The translations under genes were made by a program, and so were the position numbers. A stretch of 64,000 bases of DNA from Alphaproteobacteria bacterium (GTDB lineage: Bacteria; Pseudomonadota; Alphaproteobacteria; Rhodobacterales; Rhodobacteraceae), in the NCBI GenBank assembly GCA_030428355.1, contig JAUIBL010000013.1:13849-77848 (forward strand), read 5' to 3'. The notes beneath the pieces are model-generated. The model saw only the letters and a list, made by a program, of their open reading frames with translations. It was not told the origin of the DNA and made no database searches. Numbering within the stretch: position 1 is the first letter of the stretch; each line of letters begins with the position of its first letter. Below are positions 29,863 through 39,627 of this stretch, piece after piece.

Positions 29863-32277
29863 TCAGGCGCGCAGCCTTGTGCCCTCGGGGTCAAAAGGTG
29901 GTCGGTCAAGGATCACAGCCCCATGCGGACGTCCCAGCACCATCACTTCGACCTGATCCCCCGGCCTCGCGTTCTTGACGAAGCCAAGCGCCAGAGACAT
30001 CCCGACGTGGTAGCCATAGGCGCCGGAGCTGACCCGGCCAATGCCGACCCCGTCCTTGAAGATCGGCTCGCCCCCGGTGGCGTCGGCGTTCGAGGCGGAC
30101 GTGTCCTCTTCGTTCAGTGCCAGCAGCACCATCTTTTCGCGCGGAGCCTTTTCCATATTGGCCAATGCGGCCACGCTGTTCAGATAGGGTTTGTCCCTGC
30201 GGCAGAGCCGCTCCAGCCCGCATTCCTGCGGCCAGTATTCGGGGCTGTATTCGCGGCCCCATGACCCGTAGCCCTTTTCCATGCGCAGGCTCATCAGGGC
30301 ACGGCTGCCCACCGGGACCGCGCCCAACTCGGCACCGGTTTCAAGAAGGGCTGTGTAGAGCGTCCGTTGATCTTCGGCGCGGCAATGCAGCTCCCAGCCC
30401 AGATCGCCGGTGAAGGACACGCGCAGGGCCATCACCTCGACGCCGGCCAGTTCGATCATCCGTGATCGCATGAAGGGCCAGTCTGCCGTGTCGAGCGACA
30501 CATTGGTCAGGCGCTGCAGCATCCGGCGCGACTGAGGTCCCGCCACATTGAACCCGCACCAAGTGTCGGTGAGGCTTTCGAAGACAGTGCCGTCAGGCAG
30601 GGGCACTGCGTCGTAGAAGCGTTTCTGGTAGCGTTCGGCCATGCCCGAACTGATGATCCAGAACGCGTCCTCGGCCAATCGCGTGACCGTCGCGTCGCCT
30701 GCGATGCCGCCGCGCTTGCCGATCAGCGGTGTCAGGCAGGACCGGCCCACCTCCCGCGGCATCCGGTTGGCGAAGATCTCGTTCAGCCAGTCCTCGGCCC
30801 CCGGCCCGGTCACGCGGTACTTGGCGAAGTTCGAGATCTCGATGATCCCGGCCTTGTCCCGCAGCGTGCGGACCTCCTGCCCGACCACATCCCACCACGG
30901 CTGGCGGGTGAAGCCTGCGCTGTCGGGGATGTCCTGCGAGAAATAGAGCGGATGCTCCCAGCCGTAGTTCAGGCCAAAGACCGCCCCCATCTCTTTCTGC
31001 ATCTCGTAGACCGGGCGGGTGCGCACCGGGCGGCCCGCCGCGCGTTCCTCGCCGGGGAAGTGGATCTTGAAGCGGTGCGCGTATTGATCGCCCACCCGCG
31101 CCTTGGTGAATTTGGCATCCGCCCAGTCGCCAAAGCGCGCGATGTCCCAGGCGAACATGTCGTACTGCATTTCGCCTTCGATGATCCATTGCGCCACCAT
31201 CAGGCCCATGCCACCGGATTGCGAAAACCCCGGAATGATGCCGTTGCAGCAGAAATAGCCCGGTTTCTCGGGCACCGGACCCAGCAGAACGTTGCTGTCC
31301 GGCGACCAGATCATTGGACCATTGATCACCCGCTTGATCCCGGCTGTGCCCACCGCGGGCACCCGGTCGATCGCCCGCATCATGTTGGGTTCGATCCGTT
31401 CGAGATCGTCGGCGAAGAGTTCGTGGCCAAAGCCCTGCGGCGTGCCATCCTCGGCCCAGAAGCGCACGTCTTTTTCATAGGCTCCGACCAGCAGACCCTT
31501 GCCCTCCTGCCGGAGGTAGTATTCGCCATCCCGGTCCGCGACCGAGGGCAGACGGCGGTCCATCACCTCGATTTCGGCAATCGCCTCGGTCACGAAATAC
31601 TGGTGTTCGGTTGGCAAAAGCGGCAGCTTGATCCCTGCCAGCGCCGCCACCTCGCGGCCCCAGAGACCAGCGGCGTTGATCACCCACTCCGTACGGATGT
31701 CGCCCCGAAGCGTACGGACGATCCATGTGCCGTCGGGTTGTTGTTCGGTCGCGGTGACAGGGGTGAAGCGGTGGATCTCCGCCCCCTTCTGTCGGGCACC
31801 CGCAGCATAAGCGGCGGTTACGCCCGAGGGGTCCACATTGCCGCCATCGGGTTCATACAAGATGCAGCGGATGCCGTCGAAGTTCACCAGCGGGTGCAGC
31901 GCCTCGGCCTCGGTTCGGCTGACCTCGTGGAAGTTCATGCCGTAGAGCCTGGCTTTGGCGGCCTGCAGGCGCAGTTGGTGTTCGCGGGCTTCGGTCTGGG
32001 CGAGATAGAGTGACCCCGGCTGGAACACGCCGCAGCTTTGGCCGGTCTCGGCCTCGAGCTGGTTGTAGAGGCTCATGGTGTAATGCTGGATGCGGCTGAT
32101 ATTGGTGCTGTCATGCAGCCCGTGAATGTTCGCTGCCGCGTGCCATGTGGAGCCGCTGGTGAGCTCGTCGCGTTCGAGCAGCACGACATCGGTCCAGCCC
32201 AATTTTACCAAATGGTATAAAATCGAACAGCCGATCACGCCGCCTCCGATGACAACGGCCTGGGCATGGGTTTTCAT
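29863..32277 (-). CDS. GcvT-family FAD-dependent oxidoreductase (dimethylglycine/sarcosine dehydrogenase-like)
   Basis: VIGGGVIG, LTSGSTWHAA, RVSFTGDLGWEL, LRMEKGY; start MKTHAQ. Confidence 0.93.
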   Translation of the reverse strand: MKTHAQAVVIGGGVIGCSILYHLVKLGWTDVVLLERDELTSGSTWHAAANIHGLHDSTNISRIQHYTMSLYNQLEAETGQSCGVFQPGSLYLAQTEAREHQLRLQAAKARLYGMNFHEVSRTEAEALHPLVNFDGIRCILYEPDGGNVDPSGVTAAYAAGARQKGAEIHRFTPVTATEQQPDGTWIVRTLRGDIRTEWVINAAGLWGREVAALAGIKLPLLPTEHQYFVTEAIAEIEVMDRRLPSVADRDGEYYLRQEGKGLLVGAYEKDVRFWAEDGTPQGFGHELFADDLERIEPNMMRAIDRVPAVGTAGIKRVINGPMIWSPDSNVLLGPVPEKPGYFCCNGIIPGFSQSGGMGLMVAQWIIEGEMQYDMFAWDIARFGDWADAKFTKARVGDQYAHRFKIHFPGEERAAGRPVRTRPVYEMQKEMGAVFGLNYGWEHPLYFSQDIPDSAGFTRQPWWDVVGQEVRTLRDKAGIIEISNFAKYRVTGPGAEDWLNEIFANRMPREVGRSCLTPLIGKRGGIAGDATVTRLAEDAFWIISSGMAERYQKRFYDAVPLPDGTVFESLTDTWCGFNVAGPQSRRMLQRLTNVSLDTADWPFMRSRMIELAGVEVMALRVSFTGDLGWELHCRAEDQRTLYTALLETGAELGAVPVGSRALMSLRMEKGYGSWGREYSPEYWPQECGLERLCRRDKPYLNSVAALANMEKAPREKMVLLALNEEDTSASNADATGGEPIFKDGVGIGRVSSGAYGYHVGMSLALGFVKNARPGDQVEVMVLGRPHGAVILDRPPFDPEGTRLRA

Positions 32278-32424
32278 CTTCGGCGACTCCCTGCATTCTT
32301 GCCTCACCCTCGCGTTCATACCGGATGCACGATTGCCACAAGCCGACACCGCGTGTCGTTTTCCGACAGGACGCCATGACATGGCCCGCCACATGGTCGG
32401 CACAACGGATCAAGGAGAGATCGC

Positions 32425-34830
32425 ATGAAAACGCAGGCGCGTGTGGTGGTGATTGGCGGCGGCGTCGTCGGGGTTTCGGTGCTCTATCACCTGACCAAGC
32501 TGGGCTGGTCGGACGTGATGCTGGTGGAACGATCGGAGCTGACCTCGGGGAGCACCTGGCACGCGGCGGGCGGGTTTCATACGCTTAACGGCGACACCAA
32601 CATGGCGGCGCTTCAGGGCTACACGATCCGGCTTTACAAGGAGCTGGAAGAGATCACCGGCATGTCCTGCGGTCTGCACCATGTGGGCGGCATCACGCTG
32701 GCCGACAACCGCGACCGGTTCGACATGCTGCTCGCCGAGCGGGCCAAGCACCGCTACATGGGGCTGGACACGCAGATCGTCGGCCCCGAGGAGATCGCAA
32801 AGATCGCGCCGATCACCAATCTGGATGGTATTCTTGGCGCTTTGTACGATCCGCTCGATGGGCACCTTGATCCATCGGGCACGACCCATGCCTATGCCAA
32901 AGCCGCGCGGATGGGTGGGGCTACGATCGAAACCCATGTGATGGTGCAGGAAACCACGCAGCGTCCGGACGGGACGTGGAACGTGGTGACCGACAAGGGC
33001 ACGATCCACGCAGAACATGTGGTCAATGCGGGCGGCCTCTGGGCGCGCGAGGTTGGCGCGATGGCGGGGGTCTATCTGCCGCTGCATCCGATGGAACACC
33101 AGTACATCGTCACGGACGAGATCGCCGAGATCTATGAGCGGGACAGCGAGCATCCGCATGTCATGGACCCGGCAGGCGAGTCCTATCTGCGGCAGGAAGG
33201 GCGTGGGCTCTGCATCGGGTTCTACGAACAGCCCTGCCGCCCCTGGGCGGTGAATGGTACGCCCTGGACCTTCGGGCATGAACTGTTGCCGGATGATTTC
33301 GACAAGATCGAGGACAGCATCGCCTTTGCCTACAAACGCTTCCCGGTGCTGGAACGCGCGGGCGTGAAATCCGTGATCCACGGGCCGTTTACCTTTGCGC
33401 CGGACGGGAACCCGCTGGTTGGCCCGGTGCCGGGGCTGCGCAACTACTGGTCCGCCTGCGGGGTCATGGCGGGCTTCAGCCAGGGTGGCGGGGTTGGTCT
33501 GATGCTGGCACAATGGATGATCGAAGGGGAATGTGAGCGCGATGTCAGCGCAATGGATGTGGCGCGGTTCGGGGATTGGATCAGCCCGGGCTACACCCTG
33601 CCCAAGGTGATCGAGAACTATCAGAAACGCTTTTCCGTCAGCTATCCGAACGAGGAACTGCCTGCCGCACGGCCAAATCGCACGACGATGATGTATGACA
33701 TCTTCGACGACATGGGCGCGGTCTGGGGAGCGCAATTCGGGCTGGAGGTGGTCAACTATTTCGCAGAAGGCGACGAGGCGCGGTACGAAACGCCATCGTT
33801 CCGCCGCTCCAACGCGTGGGAAGCCACGGCGCGCGAGGTGAAGACCGTCCGTGAAGCTGTTGGAATCAATGAGGTTCAGAACTTCGGAAAATATGAAGTG
33901 ACGGGGCCGAACGCGCGCGACTGGCTCGACCGCGTGATGGCGGGTCGGGTGCCGAAACCGGGACGGCTGTCGCTGACGCCAATGCTGTCGCACATGGGGC
34001 GATTGATCGGGGATTTCACCATCTCCTGCCTGTCGGACACCCATTTCCAACTGACCGCCAGCTATGGTGCGCAAGCCTACCACATGCGCTGGTTCGAACA
34101 GAACGCCGCCGAGGGCGTGACCGTGCGCAACGTGTCGGACGCGCTCACGGGGTTCCAGATCGCGGGGCCGAATGCCCGCAAGGTGCTGGACGCGGTGACG
34201 CGCGATGCGACGGATCTGAAGTTCATGGATGTGCGCCCGATGACCATCGGAATGACACCCTGCCTTGTGCAGCGGGTCAGCTATACCGCCGGTCTGGGCT
34301 ACGAGATTTACTGCGAACCGGTGGCGCAGCGGCAGTTGTGGAACGCGCTTTGGACCGCCGGACAGGACCACGGGATGAAGCCCTTCGGCATGCGGGCGAT
34401 GATGTCGCTGCGGCTGGACAAGTTCTTCGGGTCCTGGCTGTCGGAGTTTTCGCCCGACTACACGCCCGGAGAGACCGGACTGGACCGCTTTATCGCGTGG
34501 TCCAAGAACGCCGACTTCATCGGACGGGCCGCCGCCGAGGCAGAGCGCGCCAACCCGCCGGGCCGGGTGCTTTGCGCGTTCGAGGTGGCGGTGAACGATG
34601 CAGACGTGAACGCTTATGAGCCGATCTGGATCGACGGAGCTGTGCAGGGCTTCTGCACCTCGGGCGGATATTCGCACCATGCGGGCAAATCCATCGCGCT
34701 TGGCCTGATCCCGCGCAGCCATGCCACCGAAGGGCAAAAGGCGCAGATCGAGATCCTGGGCGAGATGTGCGATGCCACGCTCATCACCACCCCGCTTTAC
34801 GACGCTGACGGGGCACAGATGCGCGGCTAA
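32425..34830 (+). CDS. GcvT-family FAD-dependent oxidoreductase (dimethylglycine dehydrogenase-like)
   Basis: VIGGGVVG, LTSGSTWHAAG, GPFTFAPDG, RVSYTAGLGYE, LRLDK; AAGGAG RBS. Confidence 0.93.
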   Translation: MKTQARVVVIGGGVVGVSVLYHLTKLGWSDVMLVERSELTSGSTWHAAGGFHTLNGDTNMAALQGYTIRLYKELEEITGMSCGLHHVGGITLADNRDRFDMLLAERAKHRYMGLDTQIVGPEEIAKIAPITNLDGILGALYDPLDGHLDPSGTTHAYAKAARMGGATIETHVMVQETTQRPDGTWNVVTDKGTIHAEHVVNAGGLWAREVGAMAGVYLPLHPMEHQYIVTDEIAEIYERDSEHPHVMDPAGESYLRQEGRGLCIGFYEQPCRPWAVNGTPWTFGHELLPDDFDKIEDSIAFAYKRFPVLERAGVKSVIHGPFTFAPDGNPLVGPVPGLRNYWSACGVMAGFSQGGGVGLMLAQWMIEGECERDVSAMDVARFGDWISPGYTLPKVIENYQKRFSVSYPNEELPAARPNRTTMMYDIFDDMGAVWGAQFGLEVVNYFAEGDEARYETPSFRRSNAWEATAREVKTVREAVGINEVQNFGKYEVTGPNARDWLDRVMAGRVPKPGRLSLTPMLSHMGRLIGDFTISCLSDTHFQLTASYGAQAYHMRWFEQNAAEGVTVRNVSDALTGFQIAGPNARKVLDAVTRDATDLKFMDVRPMTIGMTPCLVQRVSYTAGLGYEIYCEPVAQRQLWNALWTAGQDHGMKPFGMRAMMSLRLDKFFGSWLSEFSPDYTPGETGLDRFIAWSKNADFIGRAAAEAERANPPGRVLCAFEVAVNDADVNAYEPIWIDGAVQGFCTSGGYSHHAGKSIALGLIPRSHATEGQKAQIEILGEMCDATLITTPLYDADGAQMRG

Positions 34831-34839
34831 ACTGAGGGC

Positions 34840-35445
34840 ATGACCCAGATCACACTTGTGATTCCCGCCGCCGGGGCCAGTCGCCGGATGGGCGACCGGG
34901 ACAAGTTGCTTGAGCCTGTGGACGGCATGCCGCTGGTGCGCGGCGTGGCAACACGGGCCTTGGCGGTGAGTGAGGACGTGATCGTCACCCTGCCCTCGCT
35001 CAGCCACCCACGGGCGGACGCCCTTGACGGCCTGTCGGCGCGGCTCATCCCCGTTCCCGATGCACAGGACGGGATGTCGGCCTCTTTGCGTCACGCTGCA
35101 CGCGCGGTGCCCGCAACAGCGACCGGTGTGATGATCCTGCCCGCCGACATGCCGGACCTGACAGAAGATGACTTGCGCCTGATGGTGCACACCTTCGAGG
35201 AGGCCAGCGGCGCGTTTCTGATTCAGGCCACCGGTGCCGATGGCACGCCGGGACATCCGGTGATCTTTCCGACCGATCTTGTGCCGGAGTTCAGATCGCT
35301 GACCGGCGACGCAGGCGCACGGTCGATTCTGCAGGCCAACCGGCACCGCCTGATCCGCGTGGCTTTGCCGAACGAGAACGCGCTGACGGATCTGGACACA
35401 CCGGACGCATGGACGCTCTGGCGGGCCAACAACCCGCACAGATAA
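34840..35445 (+). CDS. Nucleotidyltransferase family protein (MocA/MobA-like)
   Basis: PAAGASRRMG..DKLL, GMSASL, LPADMP, GHPVIFP, GDAGAR, DLDTP. Confidence 0.88.
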   Translation: MTQITLVIPAAGASRRMGDRDKLLEPVDGMPLVRGVATRALAVSEDVIVTLPSLSHPRADALDGLSARLIPVPDAQDGMSASLRHAARAVPATATGVMILPADMPDLTEDDLRLMVHTFEEASGAFLIQATGADGTPGHPVIFPTDLVPEFRSLTGDAGARSILQANRHRLIRVALPNENALTDLDTPDAWTLWRANNPHR

Positions 35446-35466
35446 GCTGTGGAAAAGAGTGCGGAT

Positions 35467-35502
35467 AAAAAAAATGGGACGGCTCTCCCCAACCGTCCCA
35501 TT
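35467..35502 (-). terminator. Intrinsic terminator
   Basis: TGGGACGG/CCGTCCCA stem followed by 8 T on the minus strand. Confidence 0.75.
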
Positions 35503-35565
35503 CATTCGATCGCTGCCACTTTCGGGCGCAATCGGGTATCTGGATGCTTAGTAATTCCTCGCTGG
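35467..35565 (-). ncRNA. Candidate small RNA (~100 nt)
   Basis: Minus-strand TTGATT(35598-35593)-N16-TAGGGT(35576-35571) promoter-like pair; ends in AATGGGACGG-ttggggagag-CCGTCCCA-T8 terminator. Confidence 0.5.
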
Positions 35566-35653
35566 ACGTGACCCTACTCAAGAAAAGCTGCAAATCAAGA
35601 CAAAAATGTCAGTTTTGTGACCACGCCCGTGATCACCTGTGGAAAAGATGACG

Positions 35654-36208
35654 TTAGGGAACCCGCCATGCGCCGATCCAGCCATCCGCGCGTAGGAAAA
35701 CCGCCCGACGGTGCGGCTCGATCAACTGCATGAGCTCGATCGCGTCGATTCGGCAGCTCAGCACGGTGAACCACTCAAGGCTGGCGACTTTGGTATAGGC
35801 TTGCGCGGTGGGAATCGGCGTACCGGGAGTCGGAGACGCCCCGTAGGCGATCCGTGAGCCTTCGGGCACGTTTTTCCAACGGTCGGCCACCTCGGCCCCC
35901 TGATGGATCGTGACATAGGTGGACAACCGGATCTGCAGCTTGGCCTTTTCATCCCAGACCATGAGCTGCGCCCGGGGATTGGAGCGCAGCGATGTGACCT
36001 TGTCCGACCCACCATCGGTGTGGATTTCCACCGTTCCCTGGGCCCTGCTCGCGACGCGCAGCACCACTGTCCGCGCTTCGGGTGCGCCATCCGGCGACAC
36101 GGTGGCAAAGACCGGATGGCGGGCCGCCGCACGCCGGTCCGCAACGCCGCGGGTCAGGCGTTGCCAGCCGAGGTCCAGAAAGGCAGCAAGATCGTTGGGG
36201 TCACTCAT
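35654..36208 (-). CDS. Pyridoxamine 5'-phosphate oxidase-like FMN-binding protein
   Basis: ATVSPDGAPEARTVVLR, HTDGGSDKV, LQIRL, HRRAVF, terminal W.VP. Confidence 0.85.
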   Translation of the reverse strand: MSDPNDLAAFLDLGWQRLTRGVADRRAAARHPVFATVSPDGAPEARTVVLRVASRAQGTVEIHTDGGSDKVTSLRSNPRAQLMVWDEKAKLQIRLSTYVTIHQGAEVADRWKNVPEGSRIAYGASPTPGTPIPTAQAYTKVASLEWFTVLSCRIDAIELMQLIEPHRRAVFLRADGWIGAWRVP

Positions 36209-37241
36209 AGCCTGTCATCTCCAGATAGCCGCGCCCGGTGTGCGAACCGTCGATCAGGATCGGCCCCTCCCAATAAGGGATCGACAGCGCCATCCACGCA
36301 TCGGGGTTGAGCGCGGTCACGGTGACGTCGATGCCCTTGTCCGGCAGTTGAACCGCCCAGCGGATCGGCACGTCGCGCCCGGCGACGCTGTGCCAGTCCA
36401 GCGGTTGCGCGGAAAATGCGCCGTCCGGATAGGCGGTGGTCGTACCGTCCGGGGCGATCCACGTGGCCGACGAAAAGAAGGCGCCGGTGTCTTCGCGCAA
36501 GAGGAACCCCATCAGTTTGTCGCCTGTGTCGAAGGACAGCGAGAACCAGTCCCAACCGGATTGGGTTTCGGCCAGGGGCTGTGACGACCATTCGCGATCC
36601 AGCCAGGCTGTGCCGGTCACGGGAATGTTCCCGTCTGGCAGGGTGAGCGTTCCCGAAACTTCGAAGAAGGGCTGCGAATAGTAATAGCTGGCCTGCCCCT
36701 GTGCCGATTTCACCGAAAAGCCGTTGTCGCCGTGAAAGACCAACGGGCCGGTGGCCTGCAGGTTGAGGTCATAGGCGAAGTCGGTGCCGCGGGCGGTCAG
36801 CCGCATGTCCTCAAAGGAGGGACCGGCCATCTGCCAATCGTCGATCCAGGCCGCGAAGGGCTGCACCGTGACACCCGCCTGCCCGACCCCGCCCCGCGCG
36901 ATGCGCTCTGCGACGAGGTGCCGGTCGGGCGAGGTGAGCGCCGCATGGGCAAACCAGATTTGTGGGTCGGACCAGCCGTCGCGGGTTTCCGGCGCGAGGG
37001 CCGAGCGGAAGAGCGTCCACTGCACGCCATAGGCGGTGCCGTCCGGACCGGTGAGGTTGGCGGTCAGATACCACCATTCGATGCGGTACTCGGGATGCGC
37101 ACCGTGATCCTGCGGGAAGTCAAAGACCGGGTTCGGCGTCGGCACGGCAAAGCCTTCGGCATCGGTGCCCAGCCCGGCGAAGCCTTGCGCCGCCGCCTGA
37201 AACGGCAACCAGAGGAGTATGGCAATCACCCTAACGATCAT
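36201..37241 (-). CDS. Lipocalin-like AttH/CrtC-family exported protein
   Basis: Signal peptide, FPQDHGAHPEYRIEWWYLT, SYYYSQP, AWLDREWS, GWDWF, YWEGP, GYLEMTGY. Confidence 0.9.
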   Translation of the reverse strand: MIVRVIAILLWLPFQAAAQGFAGLGTDAEGFAVPTPNPVFDFPQDHGAHPEYRIEWWYLTANLTGPDGTAYGVQWTLFRSALAPETRDGWSDPQIWFAHAALTSPDRHLVAERIARGGVGQAGVTVQPFAAWIDDWQMAGPSFEDMRLTARGTDFAYDLNLQATGPLVFHGDNGFSVKSAQGQASYYYSQPFFEVSGTLTLPDGNIPVTGTAWLDREWSSQPLAETQSGWDWFSLSFDTGDKLMGFLLREDTGAFFSSATWIAPDGTTTAYPDGAFSAQPLDWHSVAGRDVPIRWAVQLPDKGIDVTVTALNPDAWMALSIPYWEGPILIDGSHTGRGYLEMTGYE

Positions 37242-39627
37242 TGGCAAACACCTTGAGCAGATCGGAGGGTGGCGTACGCGCCAGACGGAGGGCTGGCCAG
37301 AGCGCGGCCAAAGCGGCGGCAAGCAGCGCGAAGAGCGTCAGCAGCGCGTAGTGGCCGGGGAACAGGTACAGCGGCAGCTTCCAGCCGAATGCCTCGACAT
37401 TCACGTAAGAGAGCAGCACCCAGGCCAGCAGCAGCCCCAGCGGGATTGCCAGAACGGTGGTCACCAACGCCAACACCACTGCACGGAGCAGTTCCAACTG
37501 CCCGAGCCTGCGTCGCGTCAACCCCAGCGCCCAGGCAGGCGCCAGTTGCGGCACGCGGATCGATGCCAGGGTCAGAAGGCTCATCAGAATGGCAAAGGCG
37601 GCGACGGCCAGGGTGAGGACGTTCAGCGCACCCGTCACGGTGAACGTGCGCTCGAAGACGCCAAGGGAAAACGCCTTGATGCGCGACTGGTCGGTGATGG
37701 CCGTGTCAGGCAGGCCATGATCCTCGGTCAGCAATGTGCGCAAGGCCGAGGGATCGTCGGTGCGGATGCCGAAAGACAGGGGCTGCATATCCGGATAGAG
37801 CGACCGAAACAGCGTTTCCGAAATCAAAGCCTGCCCCAGCGGGTTGCCGTAATCGGCGACAATGGCGGCGATGGGCAAGGTCAGCCCCGGCGCAACGGTG
37901 ACCGGATCATCCGTCCAAAGCCCGGCGCGGCGGGCCAGTTGTTCGCTGACAACAGTGGCGCGGCCTTCCTCGACCCTATCCCAGACATCTGCGGTTTCAT
38001 CAAGAAACACCCAGTTCTCGCGATAGGTCGGGCCGACACGCACGCCAAAAAGATCCGTGGGCACTGCTGTGATGGCGGTTTCGACCGACAAAAGCGGCAA
38101 GACCTCGCGCGCCTCGGACAGCAGGATCGCCTCCACATCCGCACTTTGCGCCGGGTCGTCGATGCGGATGAAAAGTTCCGGTGCCAATCGCTGGTCAAGG
38201 AAATCGACAAAGGTCACACGAAAGCTCGATACCATCGTGGACACGCCAACATTTGCCGCAGTCGCCAGCAAAAGCGCCATCAGCGCAAGGCTCATGCCCG
38301 GCACCTGCTGGCGCGTGTCGGCCCAGAACCATTGCCACATCGCAGACCGCGCCTGCCGGTCGGCCAGTGTGACCGCGCTGCGCAGCAGGAGCGGCAGGAT
38401 CAGCGCAGCCCCGATCAGAAGGCAGGCGAGCAAGGCAAAGGCCAGCGTCAGTCCCTGCCCCCAAACCGCGATGCCGATCCCGGTGACAAAAAGCAGTCCG
38501 GCAACAGCCCCCAGCCGACGCGCGGTCTCGCCCGAGGCCACGGCCCAGGCACGGGGACGCGCGCTGGCCAGAAGCGGCATCTGCGCGATCTTCCAAAGCG
38601 CCCCCGAGGCGGCGAAGGCGGTCCCAAGCACGGCGATGGCCAAACCGGACAGCCACCATTCCGGGCGCAGTTGCAGCGTGCCGGCGACCGAGGCCCCGTA
38701 AAGGCCCTGAAGGGTCGCGGCGACGTTGGGCAGAAGCACAGCCGCGATGACATATCCCAAGGCAACACCGACTCCGCCCGCGACCAGCGCAAACAGGATC
38801 AGTTCAGAAATCATCAATCCGATCAGAAGGTTGAGCGGCACCCCTAAAGCGCGCAATGTACGGACCATGCTGCGCCGTTGCTCAAAGGCGAGGCTGATCG
38901 TGCCGTGCACGATAAAGATGCCGACCGCAAAGCTGAGCAGACCGAATGCGGTCAGGTTGAGGTGAAAGCTGTCCGTCAGCCGATCCGCCCCCGTGTCCTG
39001 TGCCGGTTGGCGCACCAGCTCCGGGGCCAGCGACGCAAGGTCGGTCAGTCCCATCGGTTGCGTCGGCGCAAGGATCAGACGGCTGAGTTGGGCCTCGGCA
39101 TCGAGCAGCGTTTGCACAACACCAATGTCGGTCAGCGCCACACCGGGTGCCACGGACGGATCAGTAATGACCCGCTGAGACAAAGAGGCGGTCAAGGCAT
39201 CCGCCACATCGGGCGCTGCAAAGAGCACGCCGCGGGTGAGGAAATCGTCGAGGTTCGTGCCTTCCTGCATCCCGACAGGCGCAATGGTTCCGGGGGCTGT
39301 CAGCGGTTCGAGGCCCACAAGGCGGACAGGCCCGTCATCGGTGCGCAACCGGCCTTCCAAGACAGGCGACACCTGCCAGCCCGCGCGGCGAAGATCGATA
39401 TAAGTGGCCTGTTCCATCCGGTCGCCACTGCGGGGCAGAAGTTGGTCGAACTGCCCTTCCCCCAAGGTGGCGGCAGCGGCATCGTAACTCGCGCGCGCCT
39501 CGGCATTGATGGCCTGCACCCCGGACCAGAGCGCGGTGGCGAGCGCCAATCCTGCAACCATTGCAAAAAACTGCAACCGGTTGCTGCGCCAGTGAGACAG
39601 CAGCGCGGTCAGGGCTGTCCAGATCAC
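37231..39627 (-). CDS. FtsX/MacB-like ABC permease (AttFG-like)
   Basis: Duplicated architecture with two periplasmic domains; SFHLNLTAFG, LRALGV, VNVEAFGW. Confidence 0.9.
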   Translation of the reverse strand: MIWTALTALLSHWRSNRLQFFAMVAGLALATALWSGVQAINAEARASYDAAAATLGEGQFDQLLPRSGDRMEQATYIDLRRAGWQVSPVLEGRLRTDDGPVRLVGLEPLTAPGTIAPVGMQEGTNLDDFLTRGVLFAAPDVADALTASLSQRVITDPSVAPGVALTDIGVVQTLLDAEAQLSRLILAPTQPMGLTDLASLAPELVRQPAQDTGADRLTDSFHLNLTAFGLLSFAVGIFIVHGTISLAFEQRRSMVRTLRALGVPLNLLIGLMISELILFALVAGGVGVALGYVIAAVLLPNVAATLQGLYGASVAGTLQLRPEWWLSGLAIAVLGTAFAASGALWKIAQMPLLASARPRAWAVASGETARRLGAVAGLLFVTGIGIAVWGQGLTLAFALLACLLIGAALILPLLLRSAVTLADRQARSAMWQWFWADTRQQVPGMSLALMALLLATAANVGVSTMVSSFRVTFVDFLDQRLAPELFIRIDDPAQSADVEAILLSEAREVLPLLSVETAITAVPTDLFGVRVGPTYRENWVFLDETADVWDRVEEGRATVVSEQLARRAGLWTDDPVTVAPGLTLPIAAIVADYGNPLGQALISETLFRSLYPDMQPLSFGIRTDDPSALRTLLTEDHGLPDTAITDQSRIKAFSLGVFERTFTVTGALNVLTLAVAAFAILMSLLTLASIRVPQLAPAWALGLTRRRLGQLELLRAVVLALVTTVLAIPLGLLLAWVLLSYVNVEAFGWKLPLYLFPGHYALLTLFALLAAALAALWPALRLARTPPSDLLKVFANDR

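Larger units (their letters stand above)
35448..35646. promoter_or_regulatory. Three DnaA-box-like 9-mers
   Basis: TGTGGAAAA (35448-35456), TGCGGATAA (35460-35468), TGTGGAAAA (35638-35646); each one mismatch from TGTGGATAA. Confidence 0.4.

Noticed and set aside
32410-35505. 1031-aa minus-strand ORF
   Set aside because: Antisense shadow of the GcvT-family and nucleotidyltransferase genes; no recognisable motifs; typical of high-GC codon bias
35446-35653. Possible oriC
   Set aside because: Only three imperfect DnaA boxes, no AT-rich unwinding element, no origin-associated neighbours
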